Part shown: one piece after another, positions 1 to 9,082 of the stretch | Numbering within the stretch: position 1 is the first letter of the stretch | How the letters are laid out: every line of letters starts with the position of its first letter | The notes under the pieces: generated by a model | What the model saw: the letters and a program-made list of their open reading frames with translations, nothing else | The model's database searches: none | What the model was told of the DNA's origin: nothing | Source of the DNA: Planctomycetota bacterium | GTDB lineage: Bacteria; Planctomycetota; Phycisphaerae; WQYP01 | Assembly (NCBI GenBank): GCA_021810145.1 | Contig: JAJZJL010000001.1 | Location: forward strand, 23,045 to 87,044 | Direction: 5' to 3' | DNA: 64,000 nt | Program-made: the position numbers and the translations under genes

Positions 1-120
1 CTCTTTCACCAGCCCCAGCAGGATATGCTCGGTGCCGATGTATTCGTGGTTAAATCTCTGGGCCTCCTGATTAGCCAGAGCCATGACCTTACGGGCGCGA
101 TCTGTAAAACGTTCGTACAT
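1..120 (-). CDS. clpC: ATP-dependent Clp protease ATP-binding subunit, N-terminus (runs off window edge)
   Basis: Hand translation [40 protein letters not shown] is a Clp_N repeat start. AGGAG RBS lies just upstream. Not in the ORF track. Confidence 0.9.
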   Translation of the reverse strand, partial: MYERFTDRARKVMALANQEAQRFNHEYIGTEHILLGLVKE

Positions 121-626
121 ATATACTCCTGGGGAGCCATCCGCACCAACCGCGGAAATCTGCAACCCGGTGAATTCTACGGATAGCAGACCACTATAAT
201 CAAGTAACAGGGAGCACAAAACTCAAAAAAGCAGCGATTCACAACAATTATTATCGGCAAAATGCGAAATCAACGTGAGATTTCCCTGCTCTTGGGCCGA
301 AGGTTTTGCCTGCAACCGCCCGGATGCGTGCCGCTTTTCGCGAATCACATGATAAATGCTCCACGAAAGACCGCCGCCCCGCATCCCGATTGCGCTCGCC
401 GAATGCAATTGATGCCGCCCGCTTTTTTGTCCGCAAAACCTTCCGCGCCGCGTCCCGCCAATCAGGACATTGCAGCTTTGCTTTGACACGTACCCGGCCA
501 CACTTGCATGGCACGTCAAATGGTGGGATACTACTGAATTATCGCCACCGGGGGCAGAAGGCCACCGGGTACAGGCGAAGGTTTTAGATGTACTGGTTTT
601 TTGAAGGTAATCAAAGGAGCACATAA

Positions 627-899
627 GTGGCACATTCCCTCTCGGCCAAGAAACGAATTCGCCAGAACGCCAAACGTCGTTTGCGCAACCGCGATCGCAA
701 GAAATCCGTTCGCGTGGAAATCAAGAAAGTCACCGGCGCTTTGGCGAAGAAGGATGTGACCGAAAGCCAGACTGCCGTGAAACATGCCATCAAAATTCTC
801 GACCGCATGGCCTCACGAAAAACCCTGCATCCCAACACCGTGGCCCGCCGCAAAAGCAGCATGATGCGCAAGCTCAATGCGCTGAAAACCGGTAAATGA
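627..899 (+). CDS. rpsT: 30S ribosomal protein S20
   Basis: AHSLSAKKRIRQN...LHPNTVARRKS S20 signature; AAGGAG RBS, GTG start. Confidence 0.97.
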   Translation: MAHSLSAKKRIRQNAKRRLRNRDRKKSVRVEIKKVTGALAKKDVTESQTAVKHAIKILDRMASRKTLHPNTVARRKSSMMRKLNALKTGK

Positions 900-1501
900 A
901 CAATGATCTTCCAGATCGGCTCATGGTCCCCGCAGTTCCGGGCCTGGAAGAAAGTTATGTTTCTCGCGCCGGATTAAAGCTCAGTGCGGCACTGCGCACG
1001 TTTGCTCTTGACGTTTCCAACCTTATCGCCGCCGACCTCGGAAGCAATGTTGGCGGGTTTGTTGATTGTCTGCTCCGCAGGGGTGCCGCCAAGGTATATT
1101 CCATTGACACCGCCTACGGTGTTCTGGCCTGGACGCTGCGTAAAGATCCGCGCGTTGTGGTCATGGAACGCCAGAATGCTCTGCACACTGAACTACCCGA
1201 GCGTGTAGACCTTGTCACCATTGACACCGGCTGGACAAAACAGATTACCATTCTCCCGGCCGCCCGAAAACTCCTGAAACCGACAGGCCTGATTGTTACG
1301 CTTATTAAGCCTCACTACGAATCAAAAATCGCCAAAACCCAACGCGGCGTGCTGACACCAGAACAATCGCGCACAGAATTAAGCCGTGTGATCAATGAAA
1401 TTCAACACTCCGGTTGGACCATTAAAGCCATTGTCCAAAGCCCGATTGTCGGACAAAGCGGCAATATGGAATTCCTGGCACTGCTTAACGCTGAGGATTA
1501 A
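896..1501 (+). CDS. tlyA: TlyA-family RNA methyltransferase lacking the N-terminal S4 domain
   Basis: YVSRAGLKL, DLGSNVGGF, LIKPHYE, SPIVGQSGNMEFL motifs; ATGA overlap with rpsT. Confidence 0.85.
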   Translation: MNNDLPDRLMVPAVPGLEESYVSRAGLKLSAALRTFALDVSNLIAADLGSNVGGFVDCLLRRGAAKVYSIDTAYGVLAWTLRKDPRVVVMERQNALHTELPERVDLVTIDTGWTKQITILPAARKLLKPTGLIVTLIKPHYESKIAKTQRGVLTPEQSRTELSRVINEIQHSGWTIKAIVQSPIVGQSGNMEFLALLNAED

Positions 1502-1898
1502 GCTTTTCTGACCTGTTGATGCCAATGGCGTACAAGACTTCACACGCCGGTTCCTGGGCGCGGCGACGCCATCGCGGAAAGCCGGGGAAACCCATCAACA
1601 TGCTGATTCAGAAACGCGCAAAGCCGGTATGGACTCGCGGGCGGCATAATGCAATATTTTTCCGGGCTTTGTCACGTTCGATTCCATGTTATTGCAATTC
1701 GGTCAATCAGCGCTTGGACGCGGGTGTGCCATCGGCCAGTTGTACATAACAAATCAGCCAGGGGCGAATGTTGGCAAGGAACGCCGACGATCTGCACCAC
1801 AATCATGAGTCTGACCGGAAATACCGGCGCGAAAGGATGTGCAATTATTTACAGCGAGAAAGCGGATTATCCATGTTCTGCGGCAAAAATGGTTATCG

Positions 1899-3917
1899 TT
1901 AACCCGCACGCAGGGAGGCTTGGAATCGATCCGCCAGCAGCGTAAGAATCGATGCAACCTGCTGATCGACCTGTTGTGATCGCAAGGTGGATTCGGGATC
2001 ACGAAATACCAGACTCAGTGTTACGCTCTTCTTGCCTGATCCGACTTGCGCGTTGCGGAACGTGCCGACAAATTCAACCCCTTCCAGAAATGGCAGATCA
2101 ATGCCATTGATGGCTGCGGAAATATCCGCCCAGCGAACAGCGTTGGCCACCACAATCGATAAATCCCGCTGGATCGATGGAAAGCGCGGCAAGGCCGCCG
2201 CCCGGCGAACCGGGTTGAATGCGGCGATCAGTTTTTCCAGATCCAATTCCGCCGCCGCTGCTGCATGACGAAGATCATAAAATTTCATCACCTCCGGCGC
2301 AATGCTTCCCACGCAACCAATATCCGTCGGGGTCTGATTGATCAGCATCACGCAGCGGCCGGCAATGCCGGAAGAAAAGCCGGGGGCATCTTCGGGCTTG
2401 ATGACCAGACGCGCCGCGGGATTTAAGCGTTGCACCAATTCCCGCACGGTGCCCAGCACGAGTGATAATTCGTCGGCAATCAACGCAATACGGCGTTGTT
2501 CCGTCGGCACTTCAGCGCCTGCCGCTTCCTGCCAGAATACGCTGCAATATTCAAAAAGCATGGCATTGGCGGTGCCGTTATTCTGATTTAAAGCCCGTGC
2601 GCGCAGCAGCCCGGTCAATATCGATGGACGCAGGGCATTTTCCGCTTTGCGCACCAGTTCGCTTACCTGCACCGCAACGGCACCCTGCGGCAGAAATTGC
2701 CGCGCTTCGGCTTGATCCACAAAACTGTGCGTAATGGCTTGCGAAAATCCGCAGGCGCGCAGCGTACTTTCCATGGCACCAACGGCCGCAGCCCGGTTGT
2801 CCGCCGGAGGAACCCGATGCGAAATAATACTGCGCACCGGTACGCGGCCGTAGCCCCACAGCCGCACCACTTCCTCAATTAAATCAATTTCCCGGTAAAT
2901 ATCCGACCGGAAACTCGGCACCTGACAGGCAATCGCATCACCTTTGAGTTCCGGCGAAAATCCCAGCCGGCGGAGAATATCCAGCACATCATCCAGCGGC
3001 ACCTGCACGCCAAGAATAGTCTCAATGCGCCCGGGTCGCACCGAAACCGGAACAGGATCGGCTTTGATACTGCCTGCGGAAACACAGCCCGGTGCCACTT
3101 GCCCGCCCGCGACTTCCAGAATCAGTGCCGCGGCTCGGCACGATGCATATTCCGCCATGGCCGGATCAATGCCGCGTTCAAAACGGAATGAAGAATCGCT
3201 GAACAGCGTCAGCGCCCGGGCGGTGGAACGAATGGATAACGGGTTAAATCGTGCCGATTCAAGCACAATATCCACCGTGGATGACGTCACTTCGCTGGTT
3301 TGCCCCCCCATCACACCCGCAATGGCCAACGGGCCGACCGCATCACCGATGGTCAGCATGGTATCATTGAGTTTATAGCTGCGGCCATCAATGGCGGTGA
3401 TGGTTTCGCCATCGGCCGCGGTATCCACAAGAATACGCTGATCATTGATTTTCCGGGCATCAAAAGCGTGCAGCGGCTGACCGGTTTCCATAAGCACAAA
3501 ATTGGTGACATCAACCACATTGTTAACACTGCGCAAGCCGATGGATTCCAGGGCATCGCGCAACCATTGCGGAGACGGGCCGACTTTCACGTTGCGGATC
3601 ACACGGGCGGAATAATAGGAACACAAGTCCGGCACAAGAATTTTTACCGCCAGACCCGCCGGTTCACCGGATTCAACGAGCGTCACTTCCGGCATGGTGA
3701 ACGTGAGTTTGAACAAAGCGGCCAATTCCCGCGCCAGGCCGATGTGGCTGAAGCAATCCGTGCGGTTACTGGTAACTTCCACGTCCAGCACGTCCGTGCC
3801 GTTGGATTGATAAACATTCTCAACCACAAGCCCGGCGTGAATCAGAGCTTCTTGAGCGGCGGCGGCGGAGGGAACGGAATCAAGATATCGGGAAATCCAG
3901 TTCAGGGCAATTTTCAT
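1899..3917 (-). CDS. pheT: Phenylalanine-tRNA ligase beta subunit (short form without B2 OB-fold)
   Basis: DVEVTSNRTDCFSHIG, VNNVVDVTNFV, RFERGIDP, REIDLIEEV, C-terminal FDX-ACB (FPSIQRDLS...GKKSVT). Confidence 0.95.
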   Translation of the reverse strand: MKIALNWISRYLDSVPSAAAAQEALIHAGLVVENVYQSNGTDVLDVEVTSNRTDCFSHIGLARELAALFKLTFTMPEVTLVESGEPAGLAVKILVPDLCSYYSARVIRNVKVGPSPQWLRDALESIGLRSVNNVVDVTNFVLMETGQPLHAFDARKINDQRILVDTAADGETITAIDGRSYKLNDTMLTIGDAVGPLAIAGVMGGQTSEVTSSTVDIVLESARFNPLSIRSTARALTLFSDSSFRFERGIDPAMAEYASCRAAALILEVAGGQVAPGCVSAGSIKADPVPVSVRPGRIETILGVQVPLDDVLDILRRLGFSPELKGDAIACQVPSFRSDIYREIDLIEEVVRLWGYGRVPVRSIISHRVPPADNRAAAVGAMESTLRACGFSQAITHSFVDQAEARQFLPQGAVAVQVSELVRKAENALRPSILTGLLRARALNQNNGTANAMLFEYCSVFWQEAAGAEVPTEQRRIALIADELSLVLGTVRELVQRLNPAARLVIKPEDAPGFSSGIAGRCVMLINQTPTDIGCVGSIAPEVMKFYDLRHAAAAAELDLEKLIAAFNPVRRAAALPRFPSIQRDLSIVVANAVRWADISAAINGIDLPFLEGVEFVGTFRNAQVGSGKKSVTLSLVFRDPESTLRSQQVDQQVASILTLLADRFQASLRAG

Positions 3918-3935
3918 GAGCCATTCCAAGCATGG

Positions 3936-4454
3936 TTATGAGGACTGACGGGAAATGACCGGATAGTTTTCGCGTTCACCCAAACCGGTAACCGGATAAT
4001 CCTTGCGCAAAGGGTGCGACGTAAAGCTGTCCCAGGTGAGAATGCGGCGCAAATCCGGATGACCGGTAAACCGGATGCCGAACATATCAAAGGCTTCCCG
4101 TTCCAGCCATTCCGCACCGGCGTAAAGCGGAACCAGCGAAGGAATAATTAACTCAATTTCTTCAACAAATACGCGTACAATCAGCCGTGGCGTGCCTTTT
4201 TCCACACTGTTAAATACGTAAACCAGGCCAAAGCGGGGTTTATCCCAACCTGGGTAATTCAGATAATCCACGCAGGTGATATCCGCAAGCATGTCATAGC
4301 GCAGGTCCGGATCATCCCGCAAAAAGGTGATGACGTCGATAAATGCATCACGCGGAACGGAAATTTGCGTTTGTCCTCGAAAACTCGCGCCTTTCAGGCC
4401 CATATTGGGGAATTTTTCTTTCAGCCGGATAGCTGCCGGATGATCTATTGCCAT
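3936..4454 (-). CDS. nuoC: NADH-quinone oxidoreductase subunit C
   Basis: WLEREAFDMFGIRFTGHPDLRRIL...HPLRKDYP. Confidence 0.95.
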   Translation of the reverse strand: MAIDHPAAIRLKEKFPNMGLKGASFRGQTQISVPRDAFIDVITFLRDDPDLRYDMLADITCVDYLNYPGWDKPRFGLVYVFNSVEKGTPRLIVRVFVEEIELIIPSLVPLYAGAEWLEREAFDMFGIRFTGHPDLRRILTWDSFTSHPLRKDYPVTGLGERENYPVISRQSS

Positions 4455-4535
4455 AATTTTCAACTCCGTGAATTCCTGCGAACACTCACAAACCCCCGAG
4501 TATAGCGGCGTCCGGGCCGATTATCCATCATCCAT

Positions 4536-4563
4536 CAACGAACAACGAGCAACGAGCAACGGC
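4536..4563. repeat. Heptamer tandem repeat (CAACGAA, CAACGAG x2, CAACGGC)
   Basis: Read directly from sequence. Confidence 0.7.
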
Positions 4564-4630
4564 GCACGCGGTCACGATCCCCGCCCGGGACGGCGGGAAG
4601 GCGTAACGGTACGACTATCACGATCCCGCG

Positions 4631-4746
4631 CCATCCGTCGCACGCAACTGCGGGTGGAAACCCGCGGCCGTTTTCGCGAACGGGGTCACCGATAACATTC
4701 ACCCCGTAACCGCGGCCAACGGCGATTGCAGGCCTCCCCGATCCCC
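4631..4746. repeat. REP-like dispersed palindromic element, copy 1
   Basis: 4645-4687 matches the reverse complement of 25587-25629 at 38/43 positions; further short modules are shared. Confidence 0.75.
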
Positions 4747-4759
4747 ACCCACATTCAAC

Positions 4760-5590
4760 TCACATTCGGTACGCTTCCGCGGCTGTGCCGCCCATGATTC
4801 GATCCTGCTGCGCTGCGGAAAGCGGAGCGATAAAATCCTTGACCGCTTTTACCCACTGCTCATACGAGCACGCCAGAAGGCAAACCGGCCAATCGGTTCC
4901 AAACATGAGCCGTTGCGGGCCAAAGGCATGAAGAACCACATCCAGATAGGGCTTAATATCGGCAGGTGTCCAATGGGCGTGGTCCGCTTCGGTCACAACA
5001 CCGGAGAGCTTGCAGTACACATTGGCTCTCTGCGCCAGTTCGGCCATGTGCTTATCCCAGGGGGCAAGAATACGGCCCTTGATCCGCGGCTTGGCGATAT
5101 GATCGACCACAAATATCTGCTCCGGATGCCGATCCACAAACGCAAGGGTCTGGGGCAGGTGCTTTTCAAAAATCAGAATGTCGTACGCCAGGTTAAAGCG
5201 CCGCAATGTTTCAATGCCACGGTTAAAATCCGCGCGCAGCATATAGTTATCATCCGGTTCATCATGCAGCACATGGCGCAGAGCCTTGAGCTTCTTATAC
5301 GCGCTAAAGCGTTCAAGCTGGGCTTGAATATCCGGTGCGGTCAACGGCAACCAGCCGACAACGCCACGCATAAATTCATGCTGTTGCGCCAATTCCAGCA
5401 GCCATCGCGTTTCCTCAACTGATTGCCGGGCCTGCACGGTAACAACCCCATCAATGCCAGCGGCGGTAATGCGGGCATGCAGATCCGCGGGCATAAAATT
5501 TCTCCGCAGAGCCTCCATGCCGGCACCGATCCAGGCATATTCTTCCGGGCGGTATTGCCAGAAGTGGTGATGAGCATCAATTTTCAGCAT
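4760..5590 (-). CDS. Amidohydrolase_2 family protein (L-fuconolactonase-like)
   Basis: IDAHHHFW, VVDHIAKP, CKLSG, RLMFGTDWPV motifs. Confidence 0.85.
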   Translation of the reverse strand: MLKIDAHHHFWQYRPEEYAWIGAGMEALRRNFMPADLHARITAAGIDGVVTVQARQSVEETRWLLELAQQHEFMRGVVGWLPLTAPDIQAQLERFSAYKKLKALRHVLHDEPDDNYMLRADFNRGIETLRRFNLAYDILIFEKHLPQTLAFVDRHPEQIFVVDHIAKPRIKGRILAPWDKHMAELAQRANVYCKLSGVVTEADHAHWTPADIKPYLDVVLHAFGPQRLMFGTDWPVCLLACSYEQWVKAVKDFIAPLSAAQQDRIMGGTAAEAYRM

Positions 5591-5616
5591 AAATCTCCAC
5601 AGAAGTGTTGGGCCAT

Positions 5617-6801
5617 TCAGGATGCATGCGTGGCCGCTGGTCCCAGAAAGGGTGTAAGCGGGGAAATATCGGGATGCGGGCGGGCACCTTGTTCAATAAG
5701 ATGTTCAACGGCAATTTTCGCCAGTGTCCGGGAAATGCGGTCCCACTGCGTTTTCGGATTATTCAAAAACCGATGATAATGCTGCAGCGACGCATAAAGT
5801 GTGCGATCACGCAAAATTCCCCACGGCAAGGCCGATCCGGCATCATGCAGTAATTTGGCCACAGCAAAATCCGCATGCGGGTTTACCGGCGCGGAAGCCA
5901 GAAGCTTTTGAATTTGCGCCGGTACGCTTTTCGGCCAGCGGCGGACAAGTTCCCGGCGCACCAGCGGCTCATTCTGAATAACCAGGGCATAGAGATAAAT
6001 CGGCGTTGCGGCGGAAACATCACCCTTGATAAGCAGATGATACTGCTGATCCAGATAATCCATCATCGCTACGCTCTGGCTGGTCAGAGCGCGGGTATTG
6101 CTGATCTGTGCCATCAGCACCGGATTGCGCCGCACGGGCAGTGTTTCTTCAATCACCAGCAGACGCACGGTGCGGGCGGCGGCGGCCACCTGGGCGCAGC
6201 GCAGAAGCCGGAGTGTCAGTTGCACATCGGCCCGTTCCGCCAGGGCGGCAAAGTGTTCGCGATCCTGGGGCGGGGTTGCCCCCAGATAAGCCAGAAGCTG
6301 GCTCATGGTCCAAATCGGGCCGAGTTCGACAATATTATCCGGTGAAGCCAGCGTCATATACTGGGCCAGCGCCCGCTGGGCCACCGGTGAACCGGCACGG
6401 GAGCGGTAGGTCAGGGCGAAGGCTTTAATATCCAGCAGGCGGGCAAGACCATGATGCGGGGTTTGTCTGGCCTTATCCAATAATACATTGGCCAGCGCGA
6501 TCTTATCGGAAAGCCGATGCCGCATGGCGGAAAGAATCTGCGGGGCGTATTTCTTTTCATAACGCCGCCAGTCATTGGCGGAATAAAGCGGCGGAAAGCG
6601 CCCGGGGGCGATCGATGGCACGCTCTGGTCGAGAGTTAGATCCGGCCACAGATTTGAAACGGGAATCGCCGGAGGCAATAGCGGATTATTCGCCAGCGAA
6701 TCACCGGAAGCGGGCATTGGAGCAGCGGCCGCAGAAACGGTTCCGGCCCAGCCGAGGCAGGCCAATATCACAAAAACGCCTACGCGAAAACAATATCTCA
6801 T
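5617..6801 (-). CDS. Hypothetical secreted alpha-helical protein
   Basis: Long ORF with signal peptide (VGVFVILACLGWAGTVSAAAA) and Pro-rich linker; start taken at ATG 6801 after AGGA. Confidence 0.65.
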   Translation of the reverse strand: MRYCFRVGVFVILACLGWAGTVSAAAAPMPASGDSLANNPLLPPAIPVSNLWPDLTLDQSVPSIAPGRFPPLYSANDWRRYEKKYAPQILSAMRHRLSDKIALANVLLDKARQTPHHGLARLLDIKAFALTYRSRAGSPVAQRALAQYMTLASPDNIVELGPIWTMSQLLAYLGATPPQDREHFAALAERADVQLTLRLLRCAQVAAAARTVRLLVIEETLPVRRNPVLMAQISNTRALTSQSVAMMDYLDQQYHLLIKGDVSAATPIYLYALVIQNEPLVRRELVRRWPKSVPAQIQKLLASAPVNPHADFAVAKLLHDAGSALPWGILRDRTLYASLQHYHRFLNNPKTQWDRISRTLAKIAVEHLIEQGARPHPDISPLTPFLGPAATHAS

Positions 6802-6908
6802 AAAGTCCTGATATTCGCACCAGCCGGACAATTCCCTGTTATTATGCGATTGCCGCCACGGATAGCAAGCCGCGCGGAGAACGGGATGGTCAGTAGCGTC
6901 AATATATT

Positions 6909-7039
6909 CAGTATTAGCAGTGTTAGCAGTATTATCAGTAGAGTCAGAGGCTGGGTTGAGACATGGATGTCGAAATCCCGATGGTTATGGGATCACGTGA
7001 TCGGGGAATCTGGAATACGGAATCTGGAATCTGGAATCG
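6909..7039. repeat. Short tandem repeats: degenerate 9-mer CAGTRTTAG at 6909-6944 and heptamer GGAATCT-like x5 at 7005-7039
   Basis: Read directly from sequence; sits at the left border of the defence-like island. Confidence 0.75.
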
Positions 7040-7098
7040 TGGTGCGCGGGCTTGGGCGCTGTATAATTCGCTTTGGAATTGTTATTCGGGAATGAGCC

Positions 7099-7251
7099 AT
7101 GACGGTTGATGAAATTGTTAAGCAGCACGTGAAAGCGTCGCAGAAGTATCGGAAGTCCATCAAGGGCTCGCCGGAGAAAGCCCGCAAATTTCTGATTAGC
7201 GCGGGCATTCTGGATAAAAACGGCAAACGACTGGCCAGGATTTACCGCTGA
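7099..7251 (+). CDS. Small basic 50-aa protein, putative antitoxin or partner of the downstream ART-like gene
   Basis: Hand translation MTVDEIVKQHVKASQKYRKSIKGSPEKARKFLISAGILDKNGKRLARIYR. TATAAT at 7062-7067 upstream; stop is 3 nt before the next ATG. Below the ORF track cutoff. Confidence 0.75.
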   Translation: MTVDEIVKQHVKASQKYRKSIKGSPEKARKFLISAGILDKNGKRLARIYR

Positions 7252-7254
7252 ATC

Positions 7255-7845
7255 ATGCCGCCGACACTCCCCGCATTTGTTCTCGGTTACCACGGATGTG
7301 ATAAATCAGTGGCGGACGCCCTTCTTACTGGTGCAGCCAATCATCTACATTCAAGCCGCAACGAGTATGATTGGCTGGGCCACGGGATATATTTCTGGGA
7401 AGATAGTCCCCAGCGGGCGCTGGATTACGCCCGGCAGCAAATGTCGCGCGCGGGGAGCAAGTCTAATATCCGTGATCCTGCCGTCGTAGGAGCGGTAATC
7501 GATTTAGGGAATTGCCTAAATCTACTTGACGTACAATATATCCGGATTGTCCGCGCTGGCTTTATTGATCTACAAAGCTCGGTTCAAAACGCTGGCGGGG
7601 CCATGCCCGTTAACCGAACACCGGCGGGCAGCACTGAAAAATTACTCCGGGCCTTGGATTGTGCGGTCATTAACACCATTCATGCAAGGCGGGAGGAGGA
7701 CAAGCTTCAACCATTTGATTCCGTCCGCGCGGCGTTTATTGAGGGGAATCCGATCTACGAAGGCGGCGGCTTCTATGAAAAAACGCACATCCAAGTGTGC
7801 GTGCGCGACACTCAAAAGATCAGGGGCTATTTCCGGCCAATCTAG
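7255..7845 (+). CDS. Putative H-Y-[EQ] class ADP-ribosyltransferase-fold protein (toxin-like)
   Basis: GYHGC (H13), DWLGHGIYFWE (Y46) and terminal THIQVCVR strand fit the diphtheria-toxin-like ART layout. Confidence 0.6.
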   Translation: MPPTLPAFVLGYHGCDKSVADALLTGAANHLHSSRNEYDWLGHGIYFWEDSPQRALDYARQQMSRAGSKSNIRDPAVVGAVIDLGNCLNLLDVQYIRIVRAGFIDLQSSVQNAGGAMPVNRTPAGSTEKLLRALDCAVINTIHARREEDKLQPFDSVRAAFIEGNPIYEGGGFYEKTHIQVCVRDTQKIRGYFRPI

Positions 7846-8237
7846 GGTTCTCACTACTGCGTTCGGTACAACACGGGGGTGGCAAGCCATCTGGTTTACG
7901 CTTCCGAGAAAACTCGGGACAACGTAAACAATGCGTGACCCATCTCAAGTGAATCCGATCTGGTCGAAATCGCCAGAGCGACCCGTGTGTCGGCAGCACA
8001 TTCAGCAGTGGCAGGATTCTCAATCTATCGAGCACGCCCCGCGCGCCGGGATCTTGGGCGGTGGTGCGTGGCGCGATGCGCCGGAGCGATTGCGCAGCTA
8101 AACGCGTGCTGAGAGCTGCAGGTTGCTCGGTAACGAGAGCGCCTGGCAACGCGAGCATGGGGGCGCTCCTGGCCGACCGGTTCCATGCGGGAGCACCCGG
8201 TGAAATCGGCTTTCCGCCCCACCCCGCTTGTACCTTC

Positions 8238-8960
8238 TCAACGCTTGTGCTTGGCTATCGCGTCGTTGATCTTCAGCCAGAGGCCAGGATACTGCTCCAG
8301 ATTTTTCTCCGTTACATATTGGCTCCGCGGGGCATTCACAATCGGCGCGGGTTTTCTTCCCTTGGAGCCTTTTCCCGGCAGGCTCTTTAGCTCGGGCACC
8401 AACGATTGCCATTCCTCTCTTGATCGCAAAAGCAGCACAACGCAGTTCCTTTTGATTGCCTGCTCCACCAACCAGCCCGAGTAATCTTGCGAAGCGCAAA
8501 ACTTCTGGTCTGGATGCCCAGTGGACACGGCCGAGTGATACGGATGCCATTGGATGACGCAAACCGCTCTCGCCACGGCCTCGTTGCCGTGTTTTTCAGT
8601 TAAAGTCCTCAGCCGCCGGCTCCAATATTCTCCGCCGCAGGTTTTGCTGAACCGTGGATCAAGCAAATAAAATGGATACTTCGACGGCCGGTGCAACATG
8701 CTATCCTTGCAGGCTTTGCGGAATTTGTCGCTTTTGTAGTGAAACAGGTCGGGTTTCTGGAACCCGGGATTCAGGCTCAGAAGTATGACACTTGCGGTAA
8801 GCGGGTTTCCTACATACGGCACCGGCAAAATCTCATGGCGAATCGTTGAGGATTTTGCCCCACGCCGACGTAGCTTATCATTGAGCCTTTCAACAGCGTC
8901 CCAATCCTCTTTCAGCACGTACGGTTCTCTTGGGGGCAGGCCTTTCCAGGGATTATTCAT
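8238..8960 (-). CDS. Uracil-DNA glycosylase superfamily-like protein (possibly Brig1-like anti-phage glycosylase)
   Basis: LPVPYVGNP...VILLSLNPG and QWHPYHS motifs; GGAG RBS before ATG 8960; TTGACT-17-TACTTT promoter at 9026-8998. Confidence 0.55.
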   Translation of the reverse strand: MNNPWKGLPPREPYVLKEDWDAVERLNDKLRRRGAKSSTIRHEILPVPYVGNPLTASVILLSLNPGFQKPDLFHYKSDKFRKACKDSMLHRPSKYPFYLLDPRFSKTCGGEYWSRRLRTLTEKHGNEAVARAVCVIQWHPYHSAVSTGHPDQKFCASQDYSGWLVEQAIKRNCVVLLLRSREEWQSLVPELKSLPGKGSKGRKPAPIVNAPRSQYVTEKNLEQYPGLWLKINDAIAKHKR

Positions 8961-9082
8961 CGTTGGACTCCACAATCGTTTACCACATGACTTAAATAAA
9001 GTAGTGCAAGTCACTCTGGCAGTCAAATGATACGCGATCAGCTCGGTTGCAGCATTCGGCCTCGCGCGCGATGATCCAATTC

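Noticed and set aside
299..443. 11-bp long-range inverted repeat GAAGGTTTTGC/GCAAAACCTTC in the clpC-rpsT gap as a MITE or ncRNA
   Set aside because: Single short arm pair with no target duplication or second full copy; could be chance
4536..7039. Short tandem repeats as CRISPR arrays
   Set aside because: Units are 7-9 bp with no unique spacers, and there are no cas genes in the window
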